Assembly: GCA_042408215.1 (NCBI GenBank) | Contig: JAYFMW010000013.1 | Location: forward strand, 1-64,000 | Length of the DNA: 64,000 bases | Direction: 5' to 3' | Origin: Microcoleus sp. | Lineage (GTDB): Bacteria > Cyanobacteriota > Cyanobacteriia > Cyanobacteriales > Microcoleaceae | Shown: piece after piece, positions 1-9,401 of the stretch | Position numbering within the stretch: position 1 is the first letter of the stretch | How the letters are laid out: each line of letters opens with the position of its first letter | Made by a program: the position numbers and the translations under genes | Notes under the pieces: generated by a model | The model's input: the letters and a program-made list of their open reading frames with translations, nothing else | Database searches by the model: none | What the model was told of the DNA's origin: nothing

Positions 1-196
1 CGATCGCGAACTGCAAATTTGTGCTCAATTAGCACCTGTCCTGCAACGGGACGGATTGTACTTTGTTGGCATTGATATCATAGGCGGTTATCTCACCGAA
101 GTCAATGTCACCAGCCCTACAGGGATCAGAGAAATTGACTTGTTTAATGGCGTTATTTTGGGCAAACAAGTAATTGAATGGGTCGTTAGTCAGTAG
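1..196 (+). CDS. gshB: Glutathione synthetase, 3' end (partial at window edge)
   Basis: Translation [44 protein letters not shown]...[15 protein letters not shown] is the GshB ATP-grasp C-terminal motif. Confidence 0.9.
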   Translation, partial: DRELQICAQLAPVLQRDGLYFVGIDIIGGYLTEVNVTSPTGIREIDLFNGVILGKQVIEWVVSQ

Positions 197-345
197 TCAG
201 TAGTCAGTAGTCATTAGTCAGTAGTCATTAGTCGGTAGTCAGTAGTCATTAGTTATTAGTTATTGGTTACTGGTTATTTACTACTAATTAGCAATGCCCA
301 ATTCCCAATGCCCGATGCCCAATTCCCCATTCCCTATGCCCAAAT
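186..345. repeat. Heptamer STRR tracts (AGTCAGT/AGTCATT; CCCAATG/CCCAATT), repeated at 1637..1796
   Basis: 7-nt periodicity visible directly. Confidence 0.9.
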
Positions 346-353
346 ATTAAATT

Positions 354-1526
354 ATGTCTAAAATTGGCGTTGCAGTAGTCGGTACAGGTTTCGGTCAAAA
401 AGTTCATATTCCCGGATTCCAGGCACATCACCGCACAGAAGTTGTGGCAGTTTACCACCGGAATTTGGACAAAGCTCAGGCGATCGCCTCCGCCCACAAT
501 ATTCCCTATGCTTGCAACTCGATCGCAGATCTAGTCGCCATCCCTGAAGTAGCGGGCGTCAGCATTTCCACACCGCCATTTTTGCATTTTGAAATGGCAA
601 AAACAGTGTTACAAGCAGGCAAGCATTTATTGCTAGAAAAACCGACAACCCTAACAGTAAAAGAAGCTAAGGAACTTTACCGATTGGCGAACGGCGAATC
701 TCAATCCCCTTCACAAAATGGGGAATCGAGAGTAATAACCACAATGGATTTTGAATATCGATTCATTCCTGCTTGGCAAATGCTAGCCGAATTATTAGCA
801 GCAGGATATGTGGGAGAAAAGCGTTTAATTAAAATTGACTGGCTGGTGTCTAGTCGCGCTGATGCTAATCGCCCTTGGAATTGGTACGCACAAAAAGATC
901 AAGGGGGCGGAGTTTTGGGCGCGACAGGTTCCCATGTTTTTGATTATATTAACTGGCTGTTCGGCCCGCCGCAGAGGCTGTCTGGGCAATTGATTACAGG
1001 AATTTCAGCGCGCCCCGATCCGAATGAGTCGGGAAAATTAAAACCAGTAGATGCAGATGATTCTTGTATGTTGATGTTGGAATTAGCAGGCGGAACGCCT
1101 TGTCAAGTTTGCTTGAGTTCTGTTACCTATCAAGGGCGGGGACACTGGATGGAAATTTACGGGAGTAATGGCACATTAGTTTTGGGAAGTGACAATCAGC
1201 AAGATTATGTACATGGATTTCGCCTGTGGGGTTCCCAAGGAGGAGAACCTTTAGCTGAAATCAAAATTCCTCAAAGATTGGAGTTTCCTCGCGTTTATCC
1301 AGATGGGAGAATTGCAGCGTTTATTCGAGTAGTAGATAGGTGGGTAGAAGCAATTTTATCGGGGGAATCTTTGATACCGTCGCTGAGGGAAGGGGTTTAC
1401 TCCCAGTTGTTGATGGATTTGACCCAGGAGTCAAATGCTACGGGAACTTGGGTATCGCGAACTGCAAATTTGTGCTCAATTAGCACCTGTCCTGCAACGG
1501 GACGGATTGTACTTTGTTGGCATTGA
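354..1526 (+). CDS. Gfo/Idh/MocA oxidoreductase, copy 1; C-terminus replaced by read-through across the duplication junction
   Basis: GTGFG Rossmann motif, EKP motif; identical to copy 2 up to TGTWV, then an out-of-frame gshB tail. Confidence 0.85.
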   Translation: MSKIGVAVVGTGFGQKVHIPGFQAHHRTEVVAVYHRNLDKAQAIASAHNIPYACNSIADLVAIPEVAGVSISTPPFLHFEMAKTVLQAGKHLLLEKPTTLTVKEAKELYRLANGESQSPSQNGESRVITTMDFEYRFIPAWQMLAELLAAGYVGEKRLIKIDWLVSSRADANRPWNWYAQKDQGGGVLGATGSHVFDYINWLFGPPQRLSGQLITGISARPDPNESGKLKPVDADDSCMLMLELAGGTPCQVCLSSVTYQGRGHWMEIYGSNGTLVLGSDNQQDYVHGFRLWGSQGGEPLAEIKIPQRLEFPRVYPDGRIAAFIRVVDRWVEAILSGESLIPSLREGVYSQLLMDLTQESNATGTWVSRTANLCSISTCPATGRIVLCWH

Positions 1527-1647
1527 TATCATAGGCGGTTATCTCACCGAAGTCAATGTCACCAGCCCTACAGGGATCAGAGAAATTGACTTGTTTAATG
1601 GCGTTATTTTGGGCAAACAAGTAATTGAATGGGTCGTTAGTCAGTAG
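1454..1647 (+). pseudogene. gshB: Duplicated 3' fragment of gshB
   Basis: Copy of 3..196 created by the tandem duplication. Confidence 0.85.
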
Positions 1648-1804
1648 TCAGTAGTCAGTAGTCATTAGTCAGTAGTCATTAGTCGGTAGTCAGTAGTCAT
1701 TAGTTATTAGTTATTGGTTACTGGTTATTTACTACTAATTAGCAATGCCCAATTCCCAATGCCCGATGCCCAATTCCCCATTCCCTATGCCCAAATATTA
1801 AATT

Positions 1805-2944
1805 ATGTCTAAAATTGGCGTTGCAGTAGTCGGTACAGGTTTCGGTCAAAAAGTTCATATTCCCGGATTCCAGGCACATCACCGCACAGAAGTTGTGGCA
1901 GTTTACCACCGGAATTTGGACAAAGCTCAGGCGATCGCCTCCGCCCACAATATTCCCTATGCTTGCAACTCGATCGCAGATCTAGTCGCCATCCCTGAAG
2001 TAGCGGGCGTCAGCATTTCCACACCGCCATTTTTGCATTTTGAAATGGCAAAAACAGTGTTACAAGCAGGCAAGCATTTATTGCTAGAAAAACCGACAAC
2101 CCTAACAGTAAAAGAAGCTAAGGAACTTTACCGATTGGCGAACGGCGAATCTCAATCCCCTTCACAAAATGGGGAATCGAGAGTAATAACCACAATGGAT
2201 TTTGAATATCGATTCATTCCTGCTTGGCAAATGCTAGCCGAATTATTAGCAGCAGGATATGTGGGAGAAAAGCGTTTAATTAAAATTGACTGGCTGGTGT
2301 CTAGTCGCGCTGATGCTAATCGCCCTTGGAATTGGTACGCACAAAAAGATCAAGGGGGCGGAGTTTTGGGCGCGACAGGTTCCCATGTTTTTGATTATAT
2401 TAACTGGCTGTTCGGCCCGCCGCAGAGGCTGTCTGGGCAATTGATTACAGGAATTTCAGCGCGCCCCGATCCGAATGAGTCGGGAAAATTAAAACCAGTA
2501 GATGCAGATGATTCTTGTATGTTGATGTTGGAATTAGCAGGCGGAACGCCTTGTCAAGTTTGCTTGAGTTCTGTTACCTATCAAGGGCGGGGACACTGGA
2601 TGGAAATTTACGGGAGTAATGGCACATTAGTTTTGGGAAGTGACAATCAGCAAGATTATGTACATGGATTTCGCCTGTGGGGTTCCCAAGGAGGAGAACC
2701 TTTAGCTGAAATCAAAATTCCTCAAAGATTGGAGTTTCCTCGCGTTTATCCAGATGGGAGAATTGCAGCGTTTATTCGAGTAGTAGATAGGTGGGTAGAA
2801 GCAATTTTATCGGGGGAATCTTTGATACCGTCGCTGAGGGAAGGGGTTTACTCCCAGTTGTTGATGGATTTGACCCAGGAGTCAAATGCTACGGGAACTT
2901 GGGTAGATATACCGAATTTAGACAAATTTCTGGATTGGGCATAG
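1805..2944 (+). CDS. Gfo/Idh/MocA oxidoreductase, copy 2 (native C-terminus)
   Basis: 379 aa; GTGFG, EKP and GGGVLGATGSH motifs. Confidence 0.9.
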   Translation: MSKIGVAVVGTGFGQKVHIPGFQAHHRTEVVAVYHRNLDKAQAIASAHNIPYACNSIADLVAIPEVAGVSISTPPFLHFEMAKTVLQAGKHLLLEKPTTLTVKEAKELYRLANGESQSPSQNGESRVITTMDFEYRFIPAWQMLAELLAAGYVGEKRLIKIDWLVSSRADANRPWNWYAQKDQGGGVLGATGSHVFDYINWLFGPPQRLSGQLITGISARPDPNESGKLKPVDADDSCMLMLELAGGTPCQVCLSSVTYQGRGHWMEIYGSNGTLVLGSDNQQDYVHGFRLWGSQGGEPLAEIKIPQRLEFPRVYPDGRIAAFIRVVDRWVEAILSGESLIPSLREGVYSQLLMDLTQESNATGTWVDIPNLDKFLDWA

Positions 2945-3056
2945 GGCATAGGGCATGGGGCATGGGGCATGGGGCATGGGGCCTTATAGCATTGGTAGCA
3001 CCTAACAAATAACTACTGACAACTGACAAATAACTACTGACTCAAAACTGACAACT
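2935..3056. repeat. STRR tracts (GGGCATG/GGGCATA; ACTGACA)
   Basis: 7-nt periodicity. Confidence 0.85.
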
Positions 3057-3131
3057 CTATCAGTCGCAAAACAGATAAACTACTAATAGAGAAACTCGAT
3101 CGACCCTTATATCCAGAGTTGGTAGTTGTGA

Positions 3132-4952
3132 ATGGCGCGCCCTGAAAGTCCTTGCCTCAGTATAGCGATCGCTCGCCTGAGAACCGCTGGGGCAAACCAT
3201 TTTGCCACCTGGGTTCTACAAGCCCCCTATCCCAGCGGCTACGTTCACCATGATTGTATGTGGCCGGACACCCTATCCCAAGCGTGGCAAGCTTGGCAGG
3301 AAATGTTCTCCCCCTCCGGGACAATTCACGTTTTGCCCCTAAATCCTGACGGCTGTTTCTCAACTCTGGAAAACAGCCAGAAGATACGGTCAGAAACGGA
3401 AAAACCCACCCATAACTCGCTACAGCTACCTCCATCGGCGCCCCCAGTGCCCCTCCACCTCGGTGAAGGGGGGCGGGGTGACAGGGGGGAGCAAAATCCG
3501 CCGTCGCCACCCCCCAGCTACAGCAGTCGCCTCATGCAGCATTTGGGGATTAATCTTTGGCAGTGGCTGTTTGAAGGGCCGATTCAAGGTAGTCTCCAAG
3601 AAAGTAAAGGGATCGCGATCGGGCAAAATCAACCCCTGCGAGTGCGACTCGACTTGCGGGAACCCTATTTAATTGCTTTGCCTTGGGAAATTATGCAGCC
3701 TCAAGCTGGTCAACCGGCCATTTCTTTGTCGCAGCAACTGCTGTTTAGCCGCACTACCAGCAATGTTGAGCCTTTGGGGCCGCTGCATCCAGCCGAATCC
3801 CTAAATATTTTGCTGGTTTTGGGAGAAGGAGAATCAAGCTTGGTGGCGAATTCTCAATTTTCCAAGGTGAATAATCGTCAGTTGCAGTTGGAAGCAGAAG
3901 CACTGGCTTTGGCTAGTGTTCTGGAAAATGCCAATAAAACCGACGACAGTGGCAAATACTTCGACATCAGTGTTCCGACTCGGGTCGATACTTTGATCGA
4001 ACCGAAAAGGGCCGAACTAATTTCTCGTCTGGAAACACAAGCCTATAACATCTTGTTTTACGCGGGCCACGGGATACCAGACCCCGACGGTGGTTTGTTG
4101 TTTTTGGGGCCGGACACCACGATTAATGGTACTGAACTGGCTCAAGTGCTAGTCCGCTGTCGGGTGACTCTGGCAGTATTCAATGCCTGTTGGGGGGCTC
4201 AGCCGGCTGTGGAGATGGTTGATGCCAGCGGTGGCCAGAAACACGCGATCGCCCGCAGCAGTTTGGCAGAGGTGTTGATCCATCACGGGGTGCCGGCGGT
4301 GTTGGGGATGCGGGACTCGATCGCCGATCGCGAGGCCTTGAGTTTTATCCAAACTTTCGCCCAAGCTTTGGCTGGAAGGATGTCCATCGACCGGGCTGTG
4401 GCGATCGCCAGACAGCAGCTACTGACGCTTTACAAGTTCAATCAACCTGCTTGGACACTGCCGGTGCTGTATATGCACCCGGAGTTCGACGGGCAACTGA
4501 CTCAGCCTGTAGATGATATTAAAACTGAATTGCCTGTAAATTCTTCTACTTGGCTGGGACGTTTGCCCTCCTGTGCTTATTTGCGGGGGTGCGATCGCCA
4601 TCATGGCAATTCCCGCAGTTCAACGACAAATCAGGTTTGGCCAATTCGCGCTGGTATGGTTCGAGTCGGACGCTGGGAAGAAAATGATGTAGTGATTCGA
4701 GAACAGTGGGTTTCTCAAAAACACGCAGAAATTTTCTGCCGTAACAGTATCAGGGATAACGAAAGTGAACCTAGCTACTTCCTGCGCGATTTTTCTCGTT
4801 ATGGGACTCTAGTTTTAGGCCCTGACGGATGGCAGAGAGTTCACCACCAAGAAGTGCTGCTGCGATCGGGCACTCAGCTCAAATTTGGCAGTTCTCAAGG
4901 TCAGATTTTTGAGTTTACCATTGAGGTGGCCAAAACTTCGGACTACAGTTAA
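3132..4952 (+). CDS. CHAT (caspase/HetF-like) domain protein with C-terminal FHA domain
   Basis: LPWE, FYAGHG and FNAC CHAT motifs; FHA motifs VGR..NDVV, SQKHA, DFSRYGT. Confidence 0.85.
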   Translation: MARPESPCLSIAIARLRTAGANHFATWVLQAPYPSGYVHHDCMWPDTLSQAWQAWQEMFSPSGTIHVLPLNPDGCFSTLENSQKIRSETEKPTHNSLQLPPSAPPVPLHLGEGGRGDRGEQNPPSPPPSYSSRLMQHLGINLWQWLFEGPIQGSLQESKGIAIGQNQPLRVRLDLREPYLIALPWEIMQPQAGQPAISLSQQLLFSRTTSNVEPLGPLHPAESLNILLVLGEGESSLVANSQFSKVNNRQLQLEAEALALASVLENANKTDDSGKYFDISVPTRVDTLIEPKRAELISRLETQAYNILFYAGHGIPDPDGGLLFLGPDTTINGTELAQVLVRCRVTLAVFNACWGAQPAVEMVDASGGQKHAIARSSLAEVLIHHGVPAVLGMRDSIADREALSFIQTFAQALAGRMSIDRAVAIARQQLLTLYKFNQPAWTLPVLYMHPEFDGQLTQPVDDIKTELPVNSSTWLGRLPSCAYLRGCDRHHGNSRSSTTNQVWPIRAGMVRVGRWEENDVVIREQWVSQKHAEIFCRNSIRDNESEPSYFLRDFSRYGTLVLGPDGWQRVHHQEVLLRSGTQLKFGSSQGQIFEFTIEVAKTSDYS

Positions 4953-5156
4953 ACTGATTGCGGAACTAATTAAGGTGCTGGTGTAGCTAATTTTTGGCGA
5001 CTTCGACTGCGCTCTGCTACCGAATAGTGACAGAAAAGTTTTGGGCGTTGAGCCTCAAGTCGGGAGTTAACAGAGTGATTCACCACTCGCTACTCGCAAC
5101 TCCCTCTGATCGAAGTCCCCGTTCTGTATTTTCCTTTCTCATTTAGGTATGACATC

Positions 5157-5738
5157 ATGGCTACCCAATCTACTGATTCTCAATATTTTCGCGACTCTCA
5201 AACTCAGGCTGAGATGGAACTTCTCGCCACAATTGTTCAGACTGATATTGCTTACCCCTGGAATCCTGCACAGCTTGAATCAGAATCTTATTTGACAGCG
5301 AAGGAGCAAGAATTTGCGCTGTTTGATTCCTTCAGCGACAGCGATATTGCTCAGAAGTCACAAATATTGTTCGCGCAATTAGAACAAGTTTGGTTAGCGA
5401 CTACTCTGCAAAAGTCTTTGTGTGAGAAATTTGCTCTGGTTCCTCAAGATTTTCTGGCTAGCATCGCTCAAAGCGTCCAAAAAGCAACTGTTAAGTGTCA
5501 ATCTTTAGCTGACCAAATGGTAGAGTGTGTATTAAATATTTTGCCTCAGTGGGCTGAGGAAGATTTGCAGGTGTTGGCGCGTCATGAGGCTTATGCAATG
5601 CGTGAGGCTGATTCCTTCGGGGTGGAAGTTGTCATGGCTACTAGAAGACCTTGGACTGAATTGTCGGAAATTGAACAAGCTAGAGTTAGTTTGACCGTGG
5701 CCCGCTATGCTATATCGCAATTAGAACTTTCTGATTAG
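5157..5738 (+). CDS. Hypothetical protein (YPWNP motif)
   Basis: 193-aa ORF, ATG start, co-oriented with the CHAT gene. Confidence 0.75.
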   Translation: MATQSTDSQYFRDSQTQAEMELLATIVQTDIAYPWNPAQLESESYLTAKEQEFALFDSFSDSDIAQKSQILFAQLEQVWLATTLQKSLCEKFALVPQDFLASIAQSVQKATVKCQSLADQMVECVLNILPQWAEEDLQVLARHEAYAMREADSFGVEVVMATRRPWTELSEIEQARVSLTVARYAISQLELSD

Positions 5739-5762
5739 TTTTTTGACTGTTGGGTTTTTGTG

Positions 5763-5842
5763 CACTTCGACTACGCTCAGTTACCGTCAGGTACGCTCAG
5801 TTACCGTCAGGTATGCTCAGTTACCGTCAGGCTCTGTTACCG
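5763..5842. repeat. 20-bp tandem repeat (TACGCTCAGTTACCGTCAGG x3 plus partial) grown from a CTTCGACTACGCTCAG-type repeat
   Basis: Direct reading; related motifs at ~4998, 12587-12635 and ~63760. Confidence 0.85.
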
Positions 5843-6000
5843 GGTATTCAGCAATTACCGATCGCCATCGCCGTCATCCTTGGGTGATTCGTCAGAATTT
5901 TCTGGATCTATCAATTGAGGGGAGCGATCGAGATTTTTTTGAGATTTTTTTACGTGTTATCGAAGAGGCCCCTACTTTTTCAAACTTATTTAAAATTTAT

Positions 6001-6295
6001 AAGAAATACCCTGAAAACCCTGCGACTTTAGTCCAGGGATGAAAGGGCGTTGCAGGATTTATCCTGCCTGCCCCATCTTGACAAACTGATTTTGGTTTGA
6101 TCAAGTTGTTGAAACTTAGTTGGTGAAAAACCCGACAGTTGCAAGCCGTTAGGCAAAAAAGTAGCCATAGACTCAGCCACTCGCTGTGTGGGTAGTGGGT
6201 ATCTGACTTACCCTTTAAGAATTAAACTTTGGGCGGATTCATCCCCCAATGTTTGTCCTTAAGAATCCCCGCGTCTTCAGACCGGGGAGTGTCAA
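6001..6295 (+). mobile_element. Non-autonomous IS200/IS605 miniature (PATE-like) retaining the left end and omegaRNA/right end
   Basis: First ~70 bp match the left end and last ~135 bp match the tnpB 3' end/right end of element 7853..9401; TTTAT upstream, TCAA terminus. Confidence 0.9.
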
Positions 6296-6547
6296 CTACC
6301 TTTAGTTAGATGTCAAAGTCGTCTAATTTGTCTGCGATACGGATTGCTATAGTTTGATATAGCAATCCTATTTGATTTGTCAACAAACTACCGTTATCAT
6401 GAAATTGTGAAAATATTAAATAATCTAAACACGATCGGTGAGGTCTATCTACTAAATTTTGTACTCAGCTTAAGCCGCCGGCGATTTTTGAGCGGAATCG
6501 ACAAGTTAGGGCGATCGCAGTTTCGCAAGTTTAGCGACACATAATGG

Positions 6548-6614
6548 TTTGTAGTCAGGACTTTAGTCCTGATTGACTAAAAGCCAGAAAGAGGACTAAA
6601 GTCCTCATTACAAA
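6548..6614. repeat. REP-like double palindrome (GTAGTCAGGACTTTAGTCCTG...GAGGACTAAAGTCCTCATTAC)
   Basis: Inverted repeats visible. Confidence 0.75.
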
Positions 6615-6647
6615 AGGATGAATGGTGATATGACCGAACATCATATA

Positions 6648-6722
6648 ATCGGCACAAAATCCTAACCGAAACTTGTGCGATTTCCCGGTTTAACAGTTAC
6701 TAACTGAACGGCTAGATCGCCC
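6648..6722 (-). repeat. Diverged second copy of the 3' end of the substrate-binding protein gene (matches 7494..7574)
   Basis: Few substitutions plus one 6-bp deletion; has its own stop (DFVPII*). Confidence 0.85.
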
Positions 6723-6726
6723 AAAA

Positions 6727-7362
6727 TCATTCCTGCTGTTCGTTATACGATCGCATCTTCAATTCCTCCCGAAAAGCCATCACCGCATCAAACTGTTCCT
6801 CTGGTTTCACATAATTGGCTAACAACTCAATGTCACATTCTGGCAACAACTCACTCCTAGCAAGGCACTCATAGCCATCCGCCCGCAGATGACGAATCGT
6901 AAATCGCCCAGCCTCCCACACCCACACTTCCGTCACTCCCAGCCCCCGGTAAATCTCCAACTTATCCACCATGCCACTACTCAGCACTACCTCGATCGCC
7001 AAATCTGGAAACTCCTTTTTCTGCCCTAAGCAATAGCACTCATCAGGCTCCAATCCGCGCTGCTTAGCAACCTTGCGAAACGTCGCCGAACCGATCGCAT
7101 GAAAGCGGGTACGTGTATCCTGAAAATACGCTTCCATCAGCATCCCAATCATTTTTTTGAGTTCTTCATGCAGAGGGGAGGTACTCATAATTTCTAACAT
7201 TCCTTCCAAATAGCTCAACCGCAAAGCTGGAAAATCATCGCCCAAAGTGGCTAACAATAATTCATACTGTTGCCAACTCACCCCCTCCAGCACCACGCGC
7301 TGTTCTGGTAAAGAGTCAGCAATCGCCGGAGACAATACTTGATAAGTCATAGGATTCACCAT
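6727..7362 (-). CDS. Uma2 family (PD-(D/E)XK) putative endonuclease
   Basis: VSWQQY, EPDECY, PDLAIEV and GVTEVWVW motifs. Confidence 0.9.
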   Translation of the reverse strand: MVNPMTYQVLSPAIADSLPEQRVVLEGVSWQQYELLLATLGDDFPALRLSYLEGMLEIMSTSPLHEELKKMIGMLMEAYFQDTRTRFHAIGSATFRKVAKQRGLEPDECYCLGQKKEFPDLAIEVVLSSGMVDKLEIYRGLGVTEVWVWEAGRFTIRHLRADGYECLARSELLPECDIELLANYVKPEEQFDAVMAFREELKMRSYNEQQE

Positions 7363-7397
7363 CCAAACTTGTTCTTATTTGATATTACACTATTCTC

Positions 7398-7466
7398 AAG
7401 AACAGGCAAGATGCCTGTTCCACAAGAGATGAATTTTATTGTGGAACAAGCATCTTACCTGTTCAG
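7398..7466. repeat. REP-like double palindrome (GAACAGGCAAGATGCCTGTTCCACAA...TTGTGGAACAAGCATCTTACCTGTTC)
   Basis: Inverted repeats; same family as ~52228..52285. Confidence 0.75.
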
Positions 7467-7480
7467 AAAAGGCAAATAGT

Positions 7481-7852
7481 TTACAAACCAGATATCGGCA
7501 CAAAATCGTAACCGTAACTGGTGCGATTTCCCGGTTTAACAGTTACTAACTGAACGGCTCGATTGCGATCGCCCGAAGGCAAAAATCGAATCGCACCAGA
7601 AGCCCCCGTTGCCGAAAAATCCGACGCTGAGAGAGCTTGTTGAATCCCGGAACGAGTCGGATTAAGCCGTAAACCGGCAATTAAAGCTATCGCCGCATCG
7701 TAGGTTAAAGCTGTGCGCCAACTTACTTCAGCATTCCAAAGTTGTTTGGATGTTTGAGGAAAGTTTGACTGCGGATCTGCCAGAATGTGCCAAGGAATTG
7801 CTAGCACCATATTTGTTGCTCCCGCTCCACCAATTTGCAGTATTTTAGCCGT
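7481..7852 (-). pseudogene. C-terminal fragment of an ABC/LIVBP-type substrate-binding protein gene; 5' stub MSQRNETVILVL at 9438..9402
   Basis: WRTALTYDA...GASGAIRFLPSGDR; reading frame runs up to the IS right end. Confidence 0.8.
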
Positions 7853-9401
7853 TTGACACTCCCCGGTCTAAAGACACGGGGATTCTTAAGGACAAACTTT
7901 GGGGGATGAATCCGCCCAAAGTTTAATTCTCAAAGGATTAGTCAGCAACCCTCTACCCACTCGCTCAAGAATTGAGTCTATGGCTACTTTTGACTTTCTA
8001 ATGATATTAGCTGCACCGTTAACATCTGCATTGATTAACAACCCAGCGCTAGAACAGTACAATCCTCTTTTGATTCTTTTACCCGATGGTTGCCAATTGT
8101 CAGGTTTTTCACCGACTTTTACTGGCAAAATGTCTCGGTCTAAAAAACTTGATTTTGAGGTGTAAGATTCGTCTTGTTCGACAAATCGCCATCCCCTTAA
8201 GTCGCACTCTTGTTGTAGTCTATCTTTGACTTTAGCTGTGGGTATTTGGACAAAATTCTGATTAGTTACGACCCCCATATTAACCTCTTGCTTCTGTGCC
8301 TTGTTCCAGCCAAAGACTAAGACATTGATTTGGTTATTTTCGCAATAATCTACGATGGTTCTAACTGCTTTGTTGACAGCATCTCTCATCCTTCTAGTGC
8401 GAATTTCCGACAACTGCTGCAATCTTTTTGACGAGAAACCTTTGGGCAATTTATGTATTGCGTGTTCTGATTGAACTCTCGCTTTTTCTTTGTTAAACCA
8501 TTGGTTCCAAGACTTGAGTCTATGTCCATCAATGATGAAAGGTTTACCATTGCTAGAGACACAAGTTAACCAGTTATTGATGCCATGATCTATTCCCAGA
8601 ACCCCTGTCACTTCCAAGCTGCAACTAGGGGCTTGTTCAGTCAGGGATTCGTGGACATATTCGACCCAGACCTCACCATTTCTAGGGATTAACCTGAGTT
8701 CTTCGATCTGGCAATTCTTGATACGTTCAGGTAGCGGAACCCAAATCGCATCTTTCCCAAAGTATTCTTTTCCTTTTTTCCCTAGGGGTAATCTGACTTT
8801 ATTTCCAATTACCTTTAATGCTTGACCGGGATATGAAACGGGGTACATTCCCCCTTTGGTTCTGTACCTTGGTAGTCTCGGTTTTTGATGGATTTCTCCT
8901 TGATTTGCCAACTTCTCTAAGGCTCGGAAAGAAGTAAAAGATTCTGCGACAGATTTAAGAGATTGTTGGGCAACTTGAGAGTATAGCAACCCATAATTTT
9001 CGTTGGTCTTGGCTATTTTATACAAATCTGGATATTTAACTGCGCTTTGGTTCTTAAAGTATTGTTGCCGACTTTCATAGGTGCCGACATTGAACAGATT
9101 ATTTGACCATCTCAAGAGTTGTTCGACAATGGTTTTGTCGAGTCCTTTTAAATGCCAAACATCTTTTTGTACTGCGTACATTTAACTTACTGGCTGTTAT
9201 GATACTAGGTTTAGTATAGATCGTGAATTAACAAGTTAATTAATCCTAAACAAATCTTTACCTTGGTCTCAATTGCTAGAAGTATTTGTCCGGGGACGGT
9301 TAAACATTATGTTATATTGAAACTTACGAACAGGCAGGATAAATCCTGCCACGCCCTTTCATCCCTGGACTAAAGTCGCAGGGTTTTCAGGGTATTCTTT
9401 T
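7853..9401 (-). mobile_element. tnpB-only IS200/IS605-family element (IS1341-like)
   Basis: TTTAT 5' of left end; subterminal hairpins preceded by AAAA (left) and GAAT (right); TCAA right terminus. Confidence 0.9.
7886..9181 (-). CDS. tnpB: RNA-guided endonuclease TnpB
   Basis: RuvC-I GIDHG, RuvC-III NADVNGAANI, ESYTSK; canonical RuvC-II Glu position reads VFGWN. Confidence 0.92.
   Translation of the reverse strand: MYAVQKDVWHLKGLDKTIVEQLLRWSNNLFNVGTYESRQQYFKNQSAVKYPDLYKIAKTNENYGLLYSQVAQQSLKSVAESFTSFRALEKLANQGEIHQKPRLPRYRTKGGMYPVSYPGQALKVIGNKVRLPLGKKGKEYFGKDAIWVPLPERIKNCQIEELRLIPRNGEVWVEYVHESLTEQAPSCSLEVTGVLGIDHGINNWLTCVSSNGKPFIIDGHRLKSWNQWFNKEKARVQSEHAIHKLPKGFSSKRLQQLSEIRTRRMRDAVNKAVRTIVDYCENNQINVLVFGWNKAQKQEVNMGVVTNQNFVQIPTAKVKDRLQQECDLRGWRFVEQDESYTSKSSFLDRDILPVKVGEKPDNWQPSGKRIKRGLYCSSAGLLINADVNGAANIIRKSKVAIDSILERVGRGLLTNPLRIKLWADSSPKVCP

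Larger units (their letters stand above)
3..2905. repeat. Direct tandem duplication, 1451-bp period (3..1454 = 1454..2905)
   Basis: Copies look identical by eye and give identical ORF translations; identity stops at 2/1453 and 1455/2906, leaving 1 bp (A) of microhomology. Confidence 0.95.

Noticed and set aside
1435..1647. Independent 70-aa gene
   Set aside because: It is the duplicated gshB 3' fragment read across the junction
5157..5738. PatU/HetF-type patterning gene assignment
   Set aside because: Cannot recognise the sequence confidently; left as hypothetical
5763..5842. CRISPR or iteron array
   Set aside because: Head-to-tail 20-mers with no spacers, derived from a dispersed repeat; no rep gene nearby
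6341..6368. Operator palindrome GGATTGCTATA-N6-TATAGCAATCC
   Set aside because: More simply two abutting MITE-type ends; partner ends not identifiable
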